DNA of 63,156 bases, the filler included, from Reticulomyxa filosa (lineage: Eukaryota; Protista; Foraminifera): the NCBI GenBank assembly GCA_000512085.1. It is 21 parts of 21 records of this genome, joined end to end, with 100 filler letters (N's around TTAATTAATTAA, not from the genome) between each part and the next. Parts side by side here need not be neighbours in the genome. Positions count along the whole stretch, not along the records: positions 35,449 to 36,973 come from ASPP01025047.1; positions 37,074 to 42,810 come from ASPP01004083.1; positions 42,911 to 46,191 come from ASPP01011656.1; positions 46,292 to 48,638 come from ASPP01001293.1; positions 48,739 to 50,953 come from ASPP01001198.1; 16 more parts are not named here. One strand, 5' to 3'. The notes beneath the pieces are model-generated. The model did not search any database. It was given only the letters and a program-made list of their open reading frames with translations, and was not told the DNA's origin. Each line of letters opens with the position of its first letter. Positions within the stretch are counted from its first letter, which is position 1. A program made the translations under genes and the position numbers. Below, one piece after another: positions 36,550 to 49,099 of the stretch.

Positions 36550-36790
36550 AATGTTTCAGCCATAAATGGAATCATCATAACATATTTTGGGTGATTTGTT
36601 GATGATTTCCTGATTCACTTGATTCACATAAACAATTCGCCAAATAATAAGCAGCAAGCCATTCTTGAAATGTCAATGAGGAAAATAACAAGATCCATTG
36701 GATGTGATTGATGCATTGATTCTTGTCCTTGTAAAAATCCAAATGAATTGATTCAAGATTATTGAGAAATTACTGAAATATCTTTGAATG
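36550..36790 (-). pseudogene. NACHT-associated winged-helix/HD2 remnant
   Basis: Frameshifted YFPH(L)TFQEWLAAYYLANCL...PKYVMMIPFMA matches the F.H.TFQE..AA.YL motif of NACHT NTPases. Confidence 0.65.
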
Positions 36791-36810
36791 GATATTTATT
36801 TTTAATAATA

Positions 36811-36973
36811 CAGTAGAATGCAAAATAAAATTGACACCTAAAACGGCACCTTATAGAGATGATTGATTTTCTTCATGAAAAAACAACATTCAGACCTAAT
36901 TTTTTTTTATTTTAAAAAAATTAAATCTACAAATACGTGTATTTTTTAAATATCATTTTGGTTTTTTATTTAC
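36811..36973 (+). mobile_element. End of Tc1/mariner-type MITE family
   Basis: TA|CAGTAGAATGCAAAATAAAATTGACACCTAAAACGGCACCTTATAGAG..., running into the contig end. Confidence 0.75.
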
Positions 36974-38090
36974 NNNNNNNNNNNNNNNNNNNNNNNNNNN
37001 NNNNNNNNNNNNNNNNNTTAATTAATTAANNNNNNNNNNNNNNNNNNNNNNNNNNNNNNNNNNNNNNNNNNNNTTGGAAAATGTTTTGTTTGAATCTATT
37101 AGTTTTTGCTTCAGTGAGCATAGGATATTATAATGCATTAAAGTATAATATTTATAGTACAAAATCTGATTCTCCTCAATGGATTGCTTTGTGTTTGTTT
37201 GTTGACACATTTAAGTCAGACATTTGAATTGATTTTATGCTTTTGATTGCTTTGATTTTATGCTTTCGATTTCTTTGATATTCTGAAAACATTTTTTTAT
37301 TAGAATTGTTCTTGCAAGTGTTCCTATTCATTTTTTTATTTCTTTTTTTGTTAGCTATTGATGGAAAAAATTAACAGAATTTTCAAAAAGAAATAAATGG
37401 TAGTAAACAAAGAGTTTTTTTGAGTTTGAAAAACTTGTGAGTTTTTGGAAACAGTTGCAAAGAATCAGCCACGAACATATCAATTTTATCAAATCTACAA
37501 AATTATTCCATTTATTTTTTGAAAGCAAAGATATAATGCGTCTAATCTGATACACAAGCAAAAGGGATAGATTTAAACATAAAAAAATACTTAATTGCAA
37601 AGAATTCTATAACTTTTACCATTTTATAATTTATTGAGAATAAATAGAAACGATTATTTTACAACCTTTTAATAAAATAATTTTGTCAAAATGAAAAACC
37701 AAACAAAACCATGGACGAAAAAATAATATTATCACTTTGAAGTAAAAATAGTACATGTTCAATTTGATTAATTTGGAATGTTTCTGCAAAAAAAAGGTTA
37801 CCACGATCCAATAAATCTATTATTTGACGAAATAACAAAGTTGAAACAAAAAACGTATTTTCTGATATACACGTCTTATTTACTAAATAGAAACAACATA
37901 TATGGTTCAATTCAATTTTTATTAACACTTTGTTAGTCTTTAAAAAAAAAAGCATTTTTATCTTGTATCGCCCAAGAGAAAAAATTAAAGGAGTTGAAAG
38001 AAGGAACTTAAACTTATCAATGAAAGTTGCGTTCAAGTTGTCTGTATGCATTTATTATTTATTGTTAATTTATCGTTGTACTTGAAACAG

Positions 38091-38283
38091 TCAAAAGAAG
38101 AATATATCAAAATAATTACTCATCATCGGATTAAATGTATATATTAAATTTGGATTGACCAAAATTTTGACAAACTTGTTGTAAATTATATTAGTTCATT
38201 TGATTTTTTTTCATTCAATATCAATCAAAAATATTCAAATATTTATTTAACATAGGTATATACTGTTTTCTACTTGGCATATT
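38091..38283 (+). pseudogene. 5' remnant of WD40 family gene (module exon and start of next exon)
   Basis: cag|SKEEYIKIITHH...NFDKLVVNY, then TTTATTTAACATAGGTAT, which is shared with 35471-35488. Confidence 0.6.
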
Positions 38284-38426
38284 TAAAATTCCTTTCTATG
38301 ATGTAACCTGTGTCAATTAATGAGTTTGGTTAAAAAAAAATTACAAAATTTTTTTTGGAGTGACAAAAAAAACAAGCGACCCTGTTAAAGTACCAAAAAA
38401 AAATTGAACTTTGAATTTCTGATATA

Positions 38427-39061
38427 ATGCATATAAAGGAGGCCTTGCGACAATGCATTCAGGAGACCCAATCGAATCAAGCAGATCAAAAGACAGTTGA
38501 TGTGAGTAAATTTGTGCTATCCAAACAGCAAGTTGAACTAGGTTACTAAATATTTTTTATTTTAGAATTAGTTTGATTGTTTGATATAACACGAAAGCAA
38601 ATACACAACAACAAATAGATACAAAAATAAAAACGATCAATATTACTATACAGCCAACAGAAATAGAGTGTAAATCAGGGGGAATAATAATTGGGTCACT
38701 AAATTCGGAAGAAAATCAAAAGAATAATGATAATCGTAAGGAAAACATCACTCAAATTAATTTAATATTAAACAATATTCATAAGGCAAGTGCAGAAAAT
38801 AATGATGTTACGAATAATGGAATAAACATTAAAACAACTTTAGAAGAGATAAATAATATAACTGTACTTAACAAAGCAATTGCAGAAAATAATAATATTA
38901 CGAATAACATAATTGTAAACATATTGGCAAATGGCTTGTCTGGCACGTCAACAAGCATTGCGAAATATTCTTACAAAAATAATTTTGAAAAATCAATTAA
39001 AATGGAGGCACTAGTTATTGACCCACCTCTACATGTTATCAATTCCGAACAAAGAATATAA
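38427..39061 (+). CDS. Asn/Ile-rich hypothetical protein (2 exons; missed by the ORF track)
   Basis: ATG at 38427 (MHIKEALRQCIQET...); a phase-1 GT..AG intron at ~38542-38597 joins in frame to a ~155-codon open exon containing an internal KA.AENN.(V/I)TNN repeat. Confidence 0.5.
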
Positions 39062-39592
39062 ATGCTATAACGCAATTCACTTCGCAATTGGATAAAAAAA
39101 ATGCTTGAATATATAGCACAGAGTTAATATAATCAAGAAAGAAACACAAAGAAAAAATATCCAATATCAATGCATTGCTATTGGAGCAATTGAATAATAC
39201 AATGAAATCTTTATTTGTTTTTTTTAAGCATTTTGATCGTTTTCTATTGATCTTATTTTTGATATGGCTTTTTAGTAATTTCCTGCAAAGCGCATTCATA
39301 AATTTCATTTTTACGAAGATGCAAATTCAATCAATCGGTTATGTCATTGAATTCAAACATTCTTTTATTCTCTCTTGTAACTAATAGTAACGTCAAAGTA
39401 TTAAATTTACAAACATGAAAGATCCTGCTCAATGTAATACCTGTAATTGTTCTCTTACAGAATTTATTCCCACTAAATAACCTACAAATCTATTCAGAGT
39501 TTTTTTAAAAGTTGAAATTTTCTTTTTGATAACACAGCTTTGAAATTAATTGATGTCAAAAGTAAAAAAAAAAATGGATATCAAATTATTAA

Positions 39593-40592
39593 TCACTCAA
39601 CGATCTTTTGATAATTTTTTAAGAATTCAGACTTTGTAAGATATTGCTTGTTTTGCAATGGTGTATTTGTGATTTCTTTTTTTAACTCAGTTTTGCTTTT
39701 ACAAACTTCTTCATCAATTTTTGTGAACAATTGAATGTTTTGTTGTTCTGAGAATAATGATTTAGAAAAACCAGACCCAATTAAATATACTTCTTTTGAA
39801 GTTGATCTTGATGATATTGGTTTAAAAGTATGAACCATCTTAAATCTCTGTTTTAAATCACTTCGTAATCTTTGATGAGAGTCTCCTTGAAATGTTTTCA
39901 TTACCAAATGGCAATTAGGATGTCCTAATTTGTCACAAATGCGAATAACTTGTGAACCCAATTCATACGCATTTTCTTGATCAATATCTTTTAAACCACT
40001 TATATTTGGGGCTCTGTTTTTTTTTAAGAAAAGCTGTCTTGTGCCTCTTTTTTTTTATTATTAAAAAAATATGTATATATATTAAAGAAGTTTGACATGT
40101 CAGAAATAATGTGATGAAATCCAAATTGGAAACTTTGACTGTTGAAATGAGACACTTGTTTGTTTGTTTTGTCAAGAATGGAATGTAAAGTTTCAAAATA
40201 ATTCCATTTCAATATATCCATTTACAATGGATAAAAGTTGTCACAAATCCCTAATTTGTTATTATTGTGAGTTTTTATTTCATTTGAATCCATTGGCAAT
40301 AAATCCAATGCCAAAATGAATCCATTAGCCCCTATTCGTTGACTTGCATATTGTGTCCAACTTCCTGGAGATGCACCAAGATCAATAATACTGTGTCCTG
40401 GTTTGAAAGTTGAAATTTTCTATCAATTCTTCTAATTTAAACGCTGCTCTTGTCAAGTATCCAAGACTTTTGGCCTGTTTATGTAAGGTGTGAATAAACA
40501 CATAAAGTAAAGGAGAATCTTTAGATTTGAGTTTCAATTCATGCTTACTTTTCTTGCAAAGTGTCAACCCGAAACGAATGCTGATTGAACAT
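39593..40592 (-). pseudogene. MRM2: FtsJ/RrmJ rRNA 2'-O-methyltransferase (MRM2/RlmE-like), disrupted
   Basis: [21 protein letters not shown]|.APNISG, VMKTFQG, KPISSRSTSKEVY; a frameshift at ~40405 and an in-frame TAA at ~40222-40224. Confidence 0.75.
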
Positions 40593-40891
40593 TTTCTAAT
40601 TTTTTTCCCCTTTTTTTTGTGTATTATTTTAACTTTAAAAATTAAACGGCTTTTTCAACAAATAAATAATAAAAATAAAAATACATGAATTAAGAACATA
40701 TATATAAGCAAGCAACTATGTTCACAGTTTTATTTAATTTTATTTATTTTTAAAAACGATTTAAAGTAGATAAAAATGTTGACCTTTTCTGAACCTATCA
40801 AATTTTGAACTGTTGTGCTCCTTTGTTGCTAGAAAAAATAATAATTTTTAATTGGAGCTTACTCTTCTATTTTGTGAAAAATTGAATAAAA

Positions 40892-41399
40892 ATGGCAGGC
40901 GAACCACCATATTCTGACGCACTTTTAGAAGAAGGACAACACCAGCAGAAGCACGAACATCAAAAAGACGGTGACAATACAAAACTGAACCGTCCACAAA
41001 GATGTTGTGTTGTATTTTGGTGGTTTTGATATGGTTATTTTGTTGGTGGAGGAATATTTGTAATACTTTTATATCTTATATTGGGCATTTTACTTTTACC
41101 CTGTGGAAAACTAGGAAAGCAATTGTTATTGATGGCCAGAGTTTGTATCTCTCCCTTTGAAGTACTCGATTGAACCAGCAGATAGTTGTGTCGGCATTGG
41201 CAATGGATTTTGTGTAGAATTAATCTGGGCTCTCTTGCTAGGGATACATTTATTATTTATTCATTGGCTTTTTGCGTTGCTATGGTCTCCATTATTAATA
41301 TGTGGTATTTCCATTGCAAAACAACACTTTTTCTTGGGAATGGCCGCGTTCAGTCCCTTTCGTGCAACCATCCGAAAAAAAGAGCCAGGCGAAGTTTAA
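40892..41399 (+). pseudogene. YccF (DUF307) double-domain membrane protein, frameshifted
   Basis: Two repeats ending GKQLLLMARVCISPF and AKQHFFLGMAAFSPF; frame disruptions at ~41010-41045 and ~41160. Confidence 0.6.
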
Positions 41400-41789
41400 A
41401 TAATTCAAAATTACAATTATTGACATTTTTTTGTTTATTTTGTTTTAACCATCCCTCTTCCTTTATCAAGTTTTTTTAATGCAGAACACCTGCATTGTTG
41501 ACATTTTAGTTAAGTACTTTGAATGTTAATTTTTGTTTTACAACTACTTCTTTCTCTATCTATCGACAATCAAAAAATTTTTTAAAAATTTGGTTTTTAA
41601 TAAAGTGTAGAGAAAAAATCGTTAATACTTTTTAAAACAATTAAAGATTCGTTTATATTAAAAGTTAGGGGTCTTGTTTTGTAGAGGTCGATTGTATTTT
41701 TGTTTACAAATAAAAAAAAGGGCATAGTTCAATGATAGATCGTGATCATATCTTTATCACATAATCAGCCAAATTTGTTATTAAAAAAA

Positions 41790-42810
41790 ATGCATGGAGG
41801 AGATTTCAAAAGTTCAGACGACATGACTCAAGCCACTTCTGAGAACTTGACTGGAATAGATTCTTCGATTCTGCCTGTGTTTGTGAAGCAGTTGGCGAAC
41901 GCCAAAGGCGATGAAAACGACGCAATGACAATTGACGGAAAGATATTAACGTACATAAAATTGTGCGGAAGTGTGGAAGAGATAGACTCACACGACACAT
42001 ACACGTCGTATATGGTGCGCGATAATTCAGGAATGGTACAGTGTCGATTTTGGAACCCTTGTCCAACACAAACTGAACATGATACAAGTGGTTTACTTCA
42101 CAAAGACAAAGACAAGGATACTCAAACAAATAAACAATTCAATGTTTCCAAAAGAGATTACGTCGAGGTCTTTGGTATGGCAATATAACTTATTTTTGAA
42201 TTCATAAAAAAAAAATTAACATATATAAATAGGTCGATTGAACAATAGTAAAGATGGGAGATATGTGAATGGATTTGTAATACGAAAGTTAGAGGATCGC
42301 AATCAATGGTTGTTGCACATGTGTGAAGTGATTTACGCGAGCGAGAGAAACAAGTTGGAAATGAAACGTCGATCCAACCCATCTGAATATCAACGAATCT
42401 CTCTTCAATTGGATGCTCATTCCAAAACTTTCACTACCATGTTCTTTTTTTTGTTGGGTGAGAAAAAATTTGATTGGTTGCAAAACTTGTTTCTGTAATG
42501 TGTTCTGGGGTTGTTCTTTGTGAAATAATGGTTGTGTGAACAGGAACGAGACGGAAAATAGAGGAGATGAAATGAAGGTGACATCAAGCAATAGGGTCAC
42601 TCGCATGAGCAGCAGACCGGAACCAGCCGAAAAAGAAAAAACAGACAAAGATTACGTTGTGACGGAAAGGATGTCACAGTGGACACAACCAACAAGCGCT
42701 CTTCTTTCACAAGATTGGGAGGCCACCCAAGACGACATTAACAGTGTCCAAAAAGAAATTTTAGCCAAAATTAAAAATAGCAAATTGACTGCGACCAGCC
42801 AAGGCATCGA
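41790..42810 (+). CDS. RPA2: Replication protein A 32-kDa subunit-like (OB fold + start of winged helix), 3'-truncated
   Basis: LPVFVKQL, YMVRDNSGMVQCRFW, YVEVFG|RL, IRKLEDRNQWLLHMCEVIY, VQKEILAKIK...QGI; two GT-AG introns. Confidence 0.8.
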
Positions 42811-42910
42811 NNNNNNNNNNNNNNNNNNNNNNNNNNNNNNNNNNNNNNNNNNNNTTAATTAATTAANNNNNNNNNNNNNNNNNNNNNNNNNNNNNNNNNN
42901 NNNNNNNNNN

Positions 42911-43213
42911 AATAACAATAAATCTCATTCTTCACTCACTTTATTTCATGATGTTATACATGAAATGTGGTGGGGTTGGAAAAATGTTCCTGATATTCTA
43001 TTACGTTGTATTTATGTTCAATTTTTTGCATTTATTGGATTTTATTGTATGTGGATTTATTTAGCTGATTTTTATGGACGATATATTTATAATGGAAGAC
43101 CAAGAGCAAAAGAACATACAAAAGATTTTAATAGATATGTCAGAGGAATTTCTGCTGGTGTTATATATTTATATATTTATATATATATTTATTTATTTAT
43201 GTATTTTATTATA

Positions 43214-43245
<32 letters not shown>

Positions 43246-43823
43246 TAGCCAATTATGCCTATGTTGCAATGAGTGTAATTGAAGCAATCTTTTCTTTATT
43301 ATTAATTCCTTTAACAAAACGATTTGGTATAAAACCTGTTTGGGGTGGATGTTTAGCAATTGCTGGAGGTTTGTTTTTTATTGTTAAAATATATATGCAT
43401 ACATAATTATATTTATTATTTTTTTTAATAGTTTCATTATCTGTTACACCTGTTTTAATTGGATCACCTGTTGGTATTGCTATTATAGTAAATAGCTTCA
43501 TTGGATTTGGTTTATGTGTATCATTTTCATTACCTTGGTCAATAGTTACAAAATATTCATTATTATATGATCAAAATAGAGGTGGATTATGGACCACTAT
43601 TTTTAATTCTTCTGAATGTCTTGCTGAAATATTTGTCAGTTTAATTGCTGGAAATTTTGTCAATATTTTTGAACATTCTACTGCTATTATTATGATTATT
43701 GGTGGATTTTCTTTACTTGTTGCAAGTTTATTGGTATTACGAGTCAAAGATGATCTATCTTCTTTTGAATATCAACAAATTCATCATGGTCAAAATAAAC
43801 ATCAAACCACAGACAATCTTTAA
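42911..43823 (+). CDS. SUT/SLC45-like (GPH family, MFS) sugar transporter, C-terminal half
   Basis: VQFFAFIGFYCMWIYLADFYGRYIYNGRP..YVRG; SLPWSIV..GGLWTTIFN; introns 43158-43248 and 43369-43431; TAA at 43821-43823. Confidence 0.85.
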
Positions 43824-44281
43824 ATTTTTTTTTTTCCAACGGAGCTCTGTTATACAAAATTCCTTCTTCAGTTTGTTCAGTTTTTTTGTCAATATCATTC
43901 AATTGTTCATTTTTGTTACTTTTTTTATTTTTCCTTTTTCAAAAGACACGAGTTTTCACCACATTTTTTTTTAAGTTTGCACGATAAAAAAACAGGTTAA
44001 CCATTTTGTTTTTTAGATTTATATCTATTAAAAAATATTCCATGTAATGTACGCTGGTAAAATTTGATAAAGTTTTAGTGGTGAAATTTCAGAGCGGTTA
44101 TTGGATAAGGGCACAATTCCCTCAAATTCTTTTTTTTTCAATCAGGTTGTTTTAAAAAAACATTGACAACTGCAGTTTCTTGTAAATATTTACGTTTTCG
44201 AGAAAATACTGTCTTTCGAAAGTTAGTTGTTGATCGAATATTATCCTGTTATATTTAAATTCACGTTTAACTAAAAAAAGG

Positions 44282-46107
44282 TCAGTTTTTTCCGTCCATT
44301 TTACGCAAATCTTTTATTAAGTTTCTTCCTGACACCATAACAGGGAGAGAATGATAACCCAAGACACTCTCTGCCGCAACAACACCTCCTTTTAAACCAC
44401 CTACCCATCCTGGAGTAAAGATATCTTGTCCACATAAATAGAATCCTTTGATAGGCGTTTTCGGTACCAAACACTTTGCAATGTCAAAATCATAAAATCG
44501 GTCAACGTTGACGTGTAAGCCATAAGATTCTCCATTGGGTGATCCCAGGTAGTGTTTGCTGGTTAGTGGTGTGCCAAATTTAATTTTTTCAACGCTATCA
44601 CGTACTTGAGGCCAATTCCTTTGTATTGTAGAAAATATTATTTGCTTCGCACAGTTATCAATAGAAGACCTGTTTCGTTAACTTGTAAATCAATTCTTCA
44701 ACTAGTCTCATTCCAATTTTCTTTTTAAGTGAGTCATATTCCTCACCTCTGGAACCGCAGGCCAAATATTCGTACTTTTTGAAATAATCGTATGGAATTT
44801 CAGTTACGATAACACAGCTTGACTTTCCAGGATGTTTGGTGGCAAAATCTTTTTTTTTGAAAAAAACAAAGTGTATTGCGTCATGAATACAGCAAAAAGA
44901 GAAGATGTCACTAACCAGGGTCTTTGGCAGAAGGAAATCCAACAAAGGCAAACAAAGGACCCTGAGTCGGATTCTGGTGAAACTGCTCCAACATTGCGTC
45001 GTAGTCATAACGTTGCTGATCTGTTTTTGAGTCAAAGCCTAAGAACCAAGTGTTGTAAGAGGGTAATTTCAACTCGGATTGCGGCTTGCCCATGCCAATG
45101 AATATTTGAAAATGTTGTACGGATGGTGGACATCGGTCCAATACTTTGTGAATGCCATCGACATACCAACGAGGAACCAAAGGTGCTATTTTTTCCAACG
45201 GTGCAAATTTTGTGTAAGTGTTACGGACGCCAGCCGCAGATATCACGCCCTCACGACAACGTATTTCATATTCTTTTTCATTCACTTCAATCACTACACC
45301 AATTGCACGGCCGTCGTCAAATATCACTTCTTTCACTGGAGTACTGTTTGTTTTTATTTTAAGGGTATTTGTTAGAGGAAAATCCCAGCAAAAGATTTTC
45401 TTTTAAAATACTTACCCTGCAAAGCAACAACCTCCCGACTTTTCAATGGTAGGGATCAATGCGCAAGTAATATTATTGGGACCACCTTTCGGGTAAAAAC
45501 CGCCACCGTCATAATGCTGATTGACGCCAGTCATCATTGAAAAAGCCACATTTCTGCGAATACCTCCAACGTCACCAATAATTGCAGATAAATTCATTTG
45601 CAGCAGTCGATTGTGTGCAAACACTTTACTAAATACTTGGTCCACTGATTTCGCCCAAACGTCGCTGAACATCCATTTACCAATTTTAAATAGCAACCAT
45701 CCGATCCATGCGTTCATCCATCTTCCACCGAACGATATCCCAAGTGTTATATTTGCTCGTTTTGCCAATTCAAGGTATTTATCCACTGCTTCCTTTTTTG
45801 ATTGCAAAAAAAAAAGAAAAGGTACATATATAACATGGTATATTTTTTATTAAAAGTTAACTCGATCTTTAAGATCGGAGAACGCGTCTTTAACATCGGA
45901 TATTCTTTTGTTCGCTCGAGCATAAAATACTTTGGTATCTTCGCCCTGTCCAATCACATAGCGGTCATACGTGTACCCGTCTTCACTATTTCCTTGTTGG
46001 ACCCATTTCACTTTGTCTTTTTCATTTATTGTCAATGCGTCCAAATAATGCTCACCGTATTTATCCACATTTCCAATGTAATGGATACCAACATCAAAGT
46101 TATACTC
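44282..46107 (-). CDS. RETSAT: All-trans-retinol 13,14-reductase/CrtI-like FAD oxidoreductase, 5'-truncated
   Basis: FDVGIHYIG, GGFYPKGG, VISAAGVRNTY, FPSAKDP, GTPLTSKHYLG..GESYGL, TPIKGFYLCGQD; four GT-AG introns restore a single frame. Confidence 0.88.
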
Positions 46108-47156
46108 TTTTAATTTTTGTTTATGTATTTAATTTTATACGTTTCATTTTCCAAAAAAAAAAAAAAACGGAATATTTAACTTTTTCCAAAANNNNNNNNN
46201 NNNNNNNNNNNNNNNNNNNNNNNNNNNNNNNNNNNTTAATTAATTAANNNNNNNNNNNNNNNNNNNNNNNNNNNNNNNNNNNNNNNNNNNNTATTATGTC
46301 GTACCAAATCACCTTCGATACTCCTGTGAAATTCTTCTTGTTATTGTGCAAATGATTAAGCTGCACATTTTGCAAGATACGCAAGAATTGGAAGTAATGA
46401 TCCTTTCCAATTCTAAAGAGATGTTGGAGGAAACAAAGAACAAAGTGGAAGATTCCACATTTATCAATTGGATACTGATTTGGAGTCCTCTGTGAATCAA
46501 TGAGTTAATAATTCTTTTTTTTTATTTTTTAAATCGCACCACTTCTTATACATGTTACAATAAACGCAGGAAGAGCTAATCATTAAAGTACTACAAGAAA
46601 TGGCAGAACCACAAAAATCTTTATTGTTGTAGATTTTAAGACGTTTGCATTGAAGTCGTGTCAATGGTTTCAAATGCCATTGATAAAACTTTAGAACGTA
46701 TCATTGATGGCTGAATTTGCATTAGCTCTTCGTTTGATCATCTATTATTGTCTTGTTTCATTTCTTAGTGGTGTGTTGTTAGTTTTCTAAAAATTCCATA
46801 TTTGATAAAAAGAAAAAAATTGCTGTGAATTGTTCACAAAGTTGCATGTTTTTTATCAAATATTGGAAATATCTTATAAGACCATGTGGAAGCAATATCT
46901 TCCTTTTAAATTTTATAGTAATGATTATTTACATAAAATTCTAGCGTCACTGTAGTCCATATGTAATACTTTTTTTCATCCACTTTGACCATATTTTGCT
47001 TTTCCTTACACACAAGAGATATGTAAAGTAATCACAAAATATTTGTAATATTTATCGAATCTTTATCTTTTTCTCAAACTATCACATTTTTAACATCAAA
47101 TAAGAATAAAAGAAACACCATTTTTTTAACAAACTTCAAAAATATTACAACGATAT

Positions 47157-47380
47157 TGTAGGAAGATTGAGGTAGTACCAAGTGTAATAAGAAAGTAATT
47201 ACTGAAAGGTGTTTTCAAAAAGCAAACAAAAGTAGTTAATAATCAAGATAAACAACTCACTTACAAGAAATAAGAAAACAGAAAAGTGAAAGAAGAAAGA
47301 CAGTGAAGGTTGTTGAGGAAAAAAAGGGCTCCCTCGTTCATATGAAGCTTCTACTGTAATTAGTAAGGCATTGCACTACA
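47157..47380. mobile_element. Solo-LTR-like element, 224 bp, TGT...ACA, 4-bp TSD ATAT
   Basis: ATAT|TGTAGG...CACTACA|ATAT; related in size and layout to 4146-4368. Confidence 0.7.
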
Positions 47381-48738
47381 ATATTGACTATTTTTAATTT
47401 GTAAATCACATCTTTGTTCAAGTATATTGATCTTTGTCATTTATATCAAAAAAAATTTCTATAAATTGAAATGTTGAACTCGTTTTTATTAATTCAAGAT
47501 AAAAAAAAAGGAATTCATTATCAGTTTCAAAAGGAAACTAACTTATCTTAATAAAAGTCTGAAAGAACTTGCCTACGAAACTACTTATATTTCTACAGCG
47601 TCTCATAATGAACACTGTCTACGATAAAACTATTAATGTAAAAATCTTAATTCTCTCAAAACTAAAATCTTCGTAGATATCAAGAAGATCATAAAAAAAC
47701 ATTGCAAGTTGATGTTTGGCTCAATCGAATTCAAAACTAAAAACTGTAAAACAAAAACATGCAAACAAAAAAAATAGAAAACCAATTTTAGGAAATGAGT
47801 TTTTGTTGAAAAAAGGAAAGATAAATGTATTGTGGAGTAATTTTTTATTTGACAAGCTCTTTTAGTACATATTCAGAGAAAATGTTCATAATTGCTTTTA
47901 AAAAATCGTAAGGATAAAAGAGTATGACAAAACCCACAAAAGAAAGAATAATAAGCCAAGAGATCACTTATCTCTTGCTCAAATTGTGTCAAATCAGCAA
48001 TATCTGTATAAGTATAATTATTTTTCAGAAATTGAATAAGTATTTTTTTCCTAATTCAATTGGTTTATTTGTAATAGTTTGTGATTACTTTAAAATCATT
48101 TATTTACTTTAGAATCTCTCATCAAAGGCGACAATGTATTGTTAGATTTAAATATTTATCCACAATAAATTGTAAAAAACAGCACTATACTCACGTATAA
48201 TGACTATGTTCCAGAAGTCAGAATTTGGAGTGTCCCATGCAAGCAGGAATTTAAAAACATCAAATGGTCAAATCTGAAAAATGTTTTTAAAACTCTTTTT
48301 TTTGGAGGAAGCAAATTTTGCATTACTTTGCAGGGATGGAATGCTGTTAATTGACCAAGAGTGTATTTGCACACATATTTAAAATAAATAAAACCTTATT
48401 TCTCACACAAAGTTTATATTTATTAAATAAAGAATTTTTTATTGACCTTCGTGGTCTTAAAAAAAAAGTTAGAAAAGCATCTTTTCATCATCTTTGCATC
48501 ATCAAAGATCATCTCAAGAAAAAAAAAAGATACTTTAGCTTAGTAATGAAAGTTTCGTTTAAGTTTTTTTTACATTTTTCTTCTTATTGTTTCTCTCATT
48601 TTGCTTTATGATTAAAACAGTCAAAAGAAGAAGAGATCNNNNNNNNNNNNNNNNNNNNNNNNNNNNNNNNNNNNNNNNNNNNTTAATTAATTAANNNNNN
48701 NNNNNNNNNNNNNNNNNNNNNNNNNNNNNNNNNNNNNN

Positions 48739-49099
48739 TTCATAATTCAATTCTTTTTTAAACCAATGATTGGACATCTTTTTCTTTCACATTTGGAAGA
48801 TCAGGTCATTTTGTGTTATCAATATATTACTAATTGTATTCATCATTACCAATCTATTTTTAATTATTTTCGTTTTTCCAAATTATTTTAAATAGAGGTT
48901 TGTTCTTTTTTAATTCTCTTTTCACATTCTTGTCTGATTTAATAATATTATCTTCTAATTCAAGCCTTGCATTTTTATTTCTAATTGTTTAAAAATCTTT
49001 CCATTCTAAACAATAATAATTTTGACAAAGAAGTCCTTCAAATGTCAGTTTTTCCATGTTTATCAATGTTTTTCTTTTATTCACTTTCACATATGTCAT
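48739..49099 (-). pseudogene. Decayed member of an expanded family, with the start of a caspase-like (C14) domain
   Basis: MTYVKVNKRKTLINMEKLTFE..., then LVMM....Y.DNTK*PDLPNVKEKDVQ...KELNYE, resembling the caspase beta1/helix region. Stops and frameshifts are present; the catalytic His/Cys are not in view. Confidence 0.4.

Noticed and set aside
40222-40224. TAA at expected Gln positions (also 30560) as stop-codon reassignment
   Set aside because: TAA terminates intact genes (PUS7, SUT, ART), and both affected genes also carry frameshifts.
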